In this document: positions 63,825 to 64,000 of the stretch, in pieces
Layout: every line of letters begins with the position of its first letter
How positions within the stretch are numbered: the first letter of the stretch is position 1
Source: Takakia lepidozioides
Lineage: Eukaryota; Plantae; Bryophyta
Reading direction: 5' to 3'
Assembly (NCBI GenBank): GCA_030704615.1
Contig: CM060733.1
Span: forward strand, 2,728,001 to 2,792,000
DNA length: 64,000 nucleotides
Program-made: the position numbers and the translations under genes
The notes under the pieces: generated by a model
Told to the model about the DNA's origin: nothing
Seen by the model: only the letters and a program-made list of their open reading frames with translations
Database searches by the model: none

Positions 63825-64000
63825 TGTGATGGGCTAGTGGCAGCCTAGTGATGGACTAGTGGCTGCACTAGTGGTGGCTAATGGCAGCCTAGTGGTGGAC
63901 TAGTGGCTGCACTAGTGGTGACTAGCGGTTGTCTAGTGGCAGCCTAGTGGTGCACTAGTGGTGGACTAGTGATAGACTAGTGTTTGGTGTGCACATATGT
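63825..64000 (+). repeat. Start of the 3' LTR, with a CTAGTGG tandem array
   Basis: TG after a purine tract; repeats of about 11 nt, CTAGTGG(CAGC/TGGA/CTGCA); runs off the window edge. Confidence 0.65.

Larger units (their letters stand above)
49200..64000 (+). mobile_element. Ty3/Gypsy-type LTR retrotransposon encoding a C5 DNA methyltransferase and a PHD finger; decayed and split by a nested insertion; left boundary approximate
   Basis: gag 49794-51104 continues in frame at 59261 after removing 51105-59255 and one TSD copy; PR, DNMT, RH end, IN pieces and PHD follow; PPT AGGGGGG then TGTGATGG LTR start at 63825. Confidence 0.88.

Overview
Eukaryotic, transposon-dominated plant nuclear DNA, probably a non-seed land plant (inferred from the TE lineages and PLS-PPR debris). 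Only two host genes look intact: a 7-exon purple acid phosphatase (PAP15/PAP23-like, minus strand, 32672-37768) and tRNA-Ser(AGA) (29979-30060). The rest is nested TEs. These are a full-length Galadriel-like chromovirus with LTRs, PBS and TSD (1434-8402); a 5'-truncated sister copy; a Tcn1-like Gypsy split by a 7.7-kb CACTA element that carries PPR, OSB/PDF-like and TRF4-like poly(A) polymerase gene fragments; several MITEs; and two LINE remnants. The main find is a decayed Ty3/Gypsy-type LTR element (about 49200-64000, plus strand). Its single gag-pol frame reads Gag(2 zinc knuckles) - protease - DNMT3-like C5 cytosine methyltransferase (motifs I-X) - [RT/RNase H deleted] - integrase (core deleted) - PHD finger. 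It is split by an 8.15-kb antisense Gypsy whose AGGTG target-site duplication shows the two halves belong to one element. All calls come from reading motifs by eye; no database searches were run.
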